The notes beneath the pieces are model-generated. The model saw only the letters and a list, made by a program, of their open reading frames with translations. It was not told where the DNA came from and made no database searches. This document shows positions 61,978-64,000 of a DNA stretch of 64,000 bases, piece after piece (the first letter of the stretch is position 1; the number at the start of each line of letters is the position of its first letter). The position numbers and the translations under genes were made by a program. Location: the IMG/VR virus record IMGVR_UViG_2609460227_000001, positions 1 to 64,000 of that record. One strand, 5' to 3'. This DNA is from a virus. Lineage: Duplodnaviria; Caudoviricetes.

Positions 61978-62481
61978 ATGTCTGTTTCTGGACACTTTAA
62001 CGCACGCGGTGACGTGACGTTTCTAAAGGTCAAACACACCATGAACTTGATGGCTGGCGAGAAGCTGGCAGGCCATGAGTTTGAATTGACCGTAGACCAA
62101 TACCCTGACCTATCCGTTGTTGTTCGCTCCGCACAAATGCCTGCAATGGGCCGTAGTGACATGGAAGACTTTGGTCCTATGGGCCTTAAGTTCAACCAGC
62201 ACGGCGCACTAGAGAACTCCGGTGAAATTACAGTTACGTGTGTCGAAACCATCGGCGGCCGTGTACTGCAGATGATCCGTGAAATCGTGAAAGATAAGAA
62301 ATACATCGACATCACGATCCGTGCGACACCTGAATCACTGTCTGGCGCATCACCTGACGCGCTCAAGTTCAAATTGTCTCACTGTAAGCTGCGTTCAGAC
62401 GTAGTTGAGCTATCGACAGAAGACCAGGCAACACTGGTTAAGCCATCGATGACGATCGTTTACAACTGGGTAGACCTATAA
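61978..62481 (+). CDS. bplB: BplB tail tube protein
   Basis: EDFGPMGLKFNQHG..NSGEI.V.CVETI.G, ATPES, STED, IVYNW. Confidence 0.88.
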   Translation: MSVSGHFNARGDVTFLKVKHTMNLMAGEKLAGHEFELTVDQYPDLSVVVRSAQMPAMGRSDMEDFGPMGLKFNQHGALENSGEITVTCVETIGGRVLQMIREIVKDKKYIDITIRATPESLSGASPDALKFKLSHCKLRSDVVELSTEDQATLVKPSMTIVYNWVDL

Positions 62482-62490
62482 GGTAAAAAA

Positions 62491-63048
62491 ATGACGCCTG
62501 TACAACTGCTAGATAACGTTAAAGCCCGATTTCATACGCTAATGCACGACGAGCCCGCCGCGCTTGAAGCATTGTTACGCCAGGCTCTAACAGCGTATCA
62601 AGACCTAGCAGGCGTCACTAACCGCCATCGATACGAACAGCCTGCAGATAGCGGGATGTTTGATCTTCCTCCGGGCTTTTTAGCCCGGATTGGCGTTAGC
62701 GATGCCAATGGTAATTTCATTTCATCGACTGTCTGGTTTGAAGGCCTGGAACTCAAGTTAACCGGTGCCGAGGTTTACCCGCTAACTCTTACATACGCGG
62801 TATCCCTAACCGACATTGACCTAGATACATTCGAGTTACCGCCTAATGCCATCGGCATGATTAGCGACTATCTCGAAGCGTTGATCACTATCCCTAACAC
62901 CGAGCGTATCCGCCGTGTCGCTATGGCCGGGAAAATCGATGTTAGCGACTTACCAACGCAATCTGAGCTGGTGGAGCGCAAGACAGCGATTGAAGCCACG
63001 ATTCGATCCGCTCGGTCCATCATTTCGCCGTTTTCTATCCTGGGGTAG
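62491..63048 (+). CDS. pmgC: PmgC head-tail adaptor homologue
   Basis: MTPVQLLDNVKARF, LLRQAL.AYQD.AG, DYLEALI.IPNTER.RR, GKIDVSDLP. Confidence 0.8.
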   Translation: MTPVQLLDNVKARFHTLMHDEPAALEALLRQALTAYQDLAGVTNRHRYEQPADSGMFDLPPGFLARIGVSDANGNFISSTVWFEGLELKLTGAEVYPLTLTYAVSLTDIDLDTFELPPNAIGMISDYLEALITIPNTERIRRVAMAGKIDVSDLPTQSELVERKTAIEATIRSARSIISPFSILG

Positions 63049-63051
63049 CCG

Positions 63052-63669
63052 ATGTTCACAAGTAACTTGGGTACCGGAAGCATTTATACAACCGCCGATG
63101 ACGCCTTAGACGGCTTGTTGGATGGCGCAAAAGATGCACTTGGCCTGTCCGAACCAAAGAATCCATATATGGAGAAGGCCAAAAGCTACGCCTCAAAGAT
63201 CATGGCCACGCCGTTTCAGCAGGGATGGCAGTGGATTATTGAAGTGACGGGCGACAACGTGCCGATGGATTTTGAAATCTACGTTAAAGACTTGGATTTC
63301 GGCCTTGGTTCTATCGATGCCGACGTAACAAACATTGGATCCGGCTCTATTGGTAAACCCACCAGCAGCAACGCCGGTGAGGTGACAATGACCGTGCGCG
63401 ATCACATCGATGGCCGTGTGCTTAAGTGGTTCCAAACGCAACTTGCGAAGGTGAAGCACCCAAACGGCACCGTCGGCCTGCCAAAAGATTACGTGTTCAC
63501 AATGACCGTATGGCTAGTCAGTGACGCCGCCATTAAGACCCCCCTCACATCGATGCAGGTATTCGCCGTGAAATGCGATACCACCTTGAGCTACGAAAGC
63601 GAAGGTCAGTTCATCGCCTACCCGATGACATTCCAGAAATTTTCAACGCTGGGCGCTAAACCGCTGTAA
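63052..63669 (+). CDS. tub: Tub (tube initiator) homologue
   Basis: FQQGWQW.IEV, IGSG.I.KP, GEVTMTVRD..DG, GTVGLPKDY; synteny pmgC-tub-pmgB. Confidence 0.75.
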   Translation: MFTSNLGTGSIYTTADDALDGLLDGAKDALGLSEPKNPYMEKAKSYASKIMATPFQQGWQWIIEVTGDNVPMDFEIYVKDLDFGLGSIDADVTNIGSGSIGKPTSSNAGEVTMTVRDHIDGRVLKWFQTQLAKVKHPNGTVGLPKDYVFTMTVWLVSDAAIKTPLTSMQVFAVKCDTTLSYESEGQFIAYPMTFQKFSTLGAKPL

Positions 63670-63694
63670 CGCCGGGCGTGTAGGAGACTAGACA

Positions 63695-64000
63695 GTGATT
63701 ACTATCGAACCGTTCCCACTACCAAGTGACATGAGCAAGGTCATTCATTTTCGAGCGCCTACGGTGTTCGACTCAATGGCCATCGCCGACATTAACCCCA
63801 ACCTGGAAGAATCGGCCACAACATCGTTTTTAAACCGTCAACAGGACCAAAGCGCCCAGGGTGGCCAGTTGTTCGATTCGCTTGAATGGACCGGTGAGGA
63901 CCGCCGAACTGCCTTATGGTGGATCTTTGTCTCTACTCGCCAGGATACGTTAATGCCGTACCAGTTCACGGTAGATGGCAAAGAGGTGAATATCGACATC
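63695..64000 (+). CDS. pmgB: PmgB homologue, 5' part (runs off the window)
   Basis: AGGAG RBS, GTG start; PFPLPS...IHFRAP, WTGEDRRTALWWIF. Confidence 0.8.
   Translation, partial: MITIEPFPLPSDMSKVIHFRAPTVFDSMAIADINPNLEESATTSFLNRQQDQSAQGGQLFDSLEWTGEDRRTALWWIFVSTRQDTLMPYQFTVDGKEVNIDI

Larger units (their letters stand above)
1..64000. mobile_element. P1-like phage-plasmid (partial)
   Basis: Conserved P1 head, tail, packaging, dar and immC genes together with a plasmid replicon and partition system. Confidence 0.95.

Noticed and set aside
585-63459. Many short antisense or alternate-frame ORFs in the track
   Set aside because: They overlap well-supported genes, lack an RBS or recognisable motifs, and are treated as shadow ORFs
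1-64000. tRNA, rRNA, reverse transcriptase (retron/DGR) or IS transposase
   Set aside because: No convincing tRNA, rRNA-like sequence, YxDD RT motif or DDE transposase was recognised by eye; tRNAscan-SE/HMM searches would be needed to exclude them fully

Overview
A 64-kb segment of a P1-like (Punavirus-type) phage-plasmid, probably from a Vibrionaceae host (Vibrio-type SSB, AphA-like regulator). P1 homologues were recognised by eye from remembered sequences, not by database search: ddrB (N-half), ulx, darB, prt, pro, ssb, rdgC/hrdC, pacA, pacB, c1, ref, mat, gp26-25-7-24-6-5, upfC (PAAR), upfB, gp23 capsid, gp22 sheath, gp21, pmgG, bplB, pmgC, tub and the start of pmgB. Differences from P1: (i) an iteron replicon with 21-bp-spaced GGGACAGTTTT repeats; (ii) a ParM/StbA-type partition cassette; (iii) in place of P1's lyd/lyz genes, a module of a pseudoknotted leader RNA, a ~70-nt antisense RNA, a Rep-like ORF, a ProQ/FinO protein and a lipoprotein; (iv) an accessory island with TA-like genes and two recombinases; (v) no immI/repL block between bplB and pmgC. 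Non-coding signals include about 25 mostly intergenic TCCTAACAA-type sites (candidate C1 operators), about 68 Chi octamers, four CCCACCCC(C)GCGC boxes, a 13-4-13 palindrome present twice and several small-RNA candidates. Many genes, including essential ones, are broken by single-base indels, most likely long-read assembly errors, so split ORFs are merged here. No CRISPR array, tRNA or rRNA was seen.
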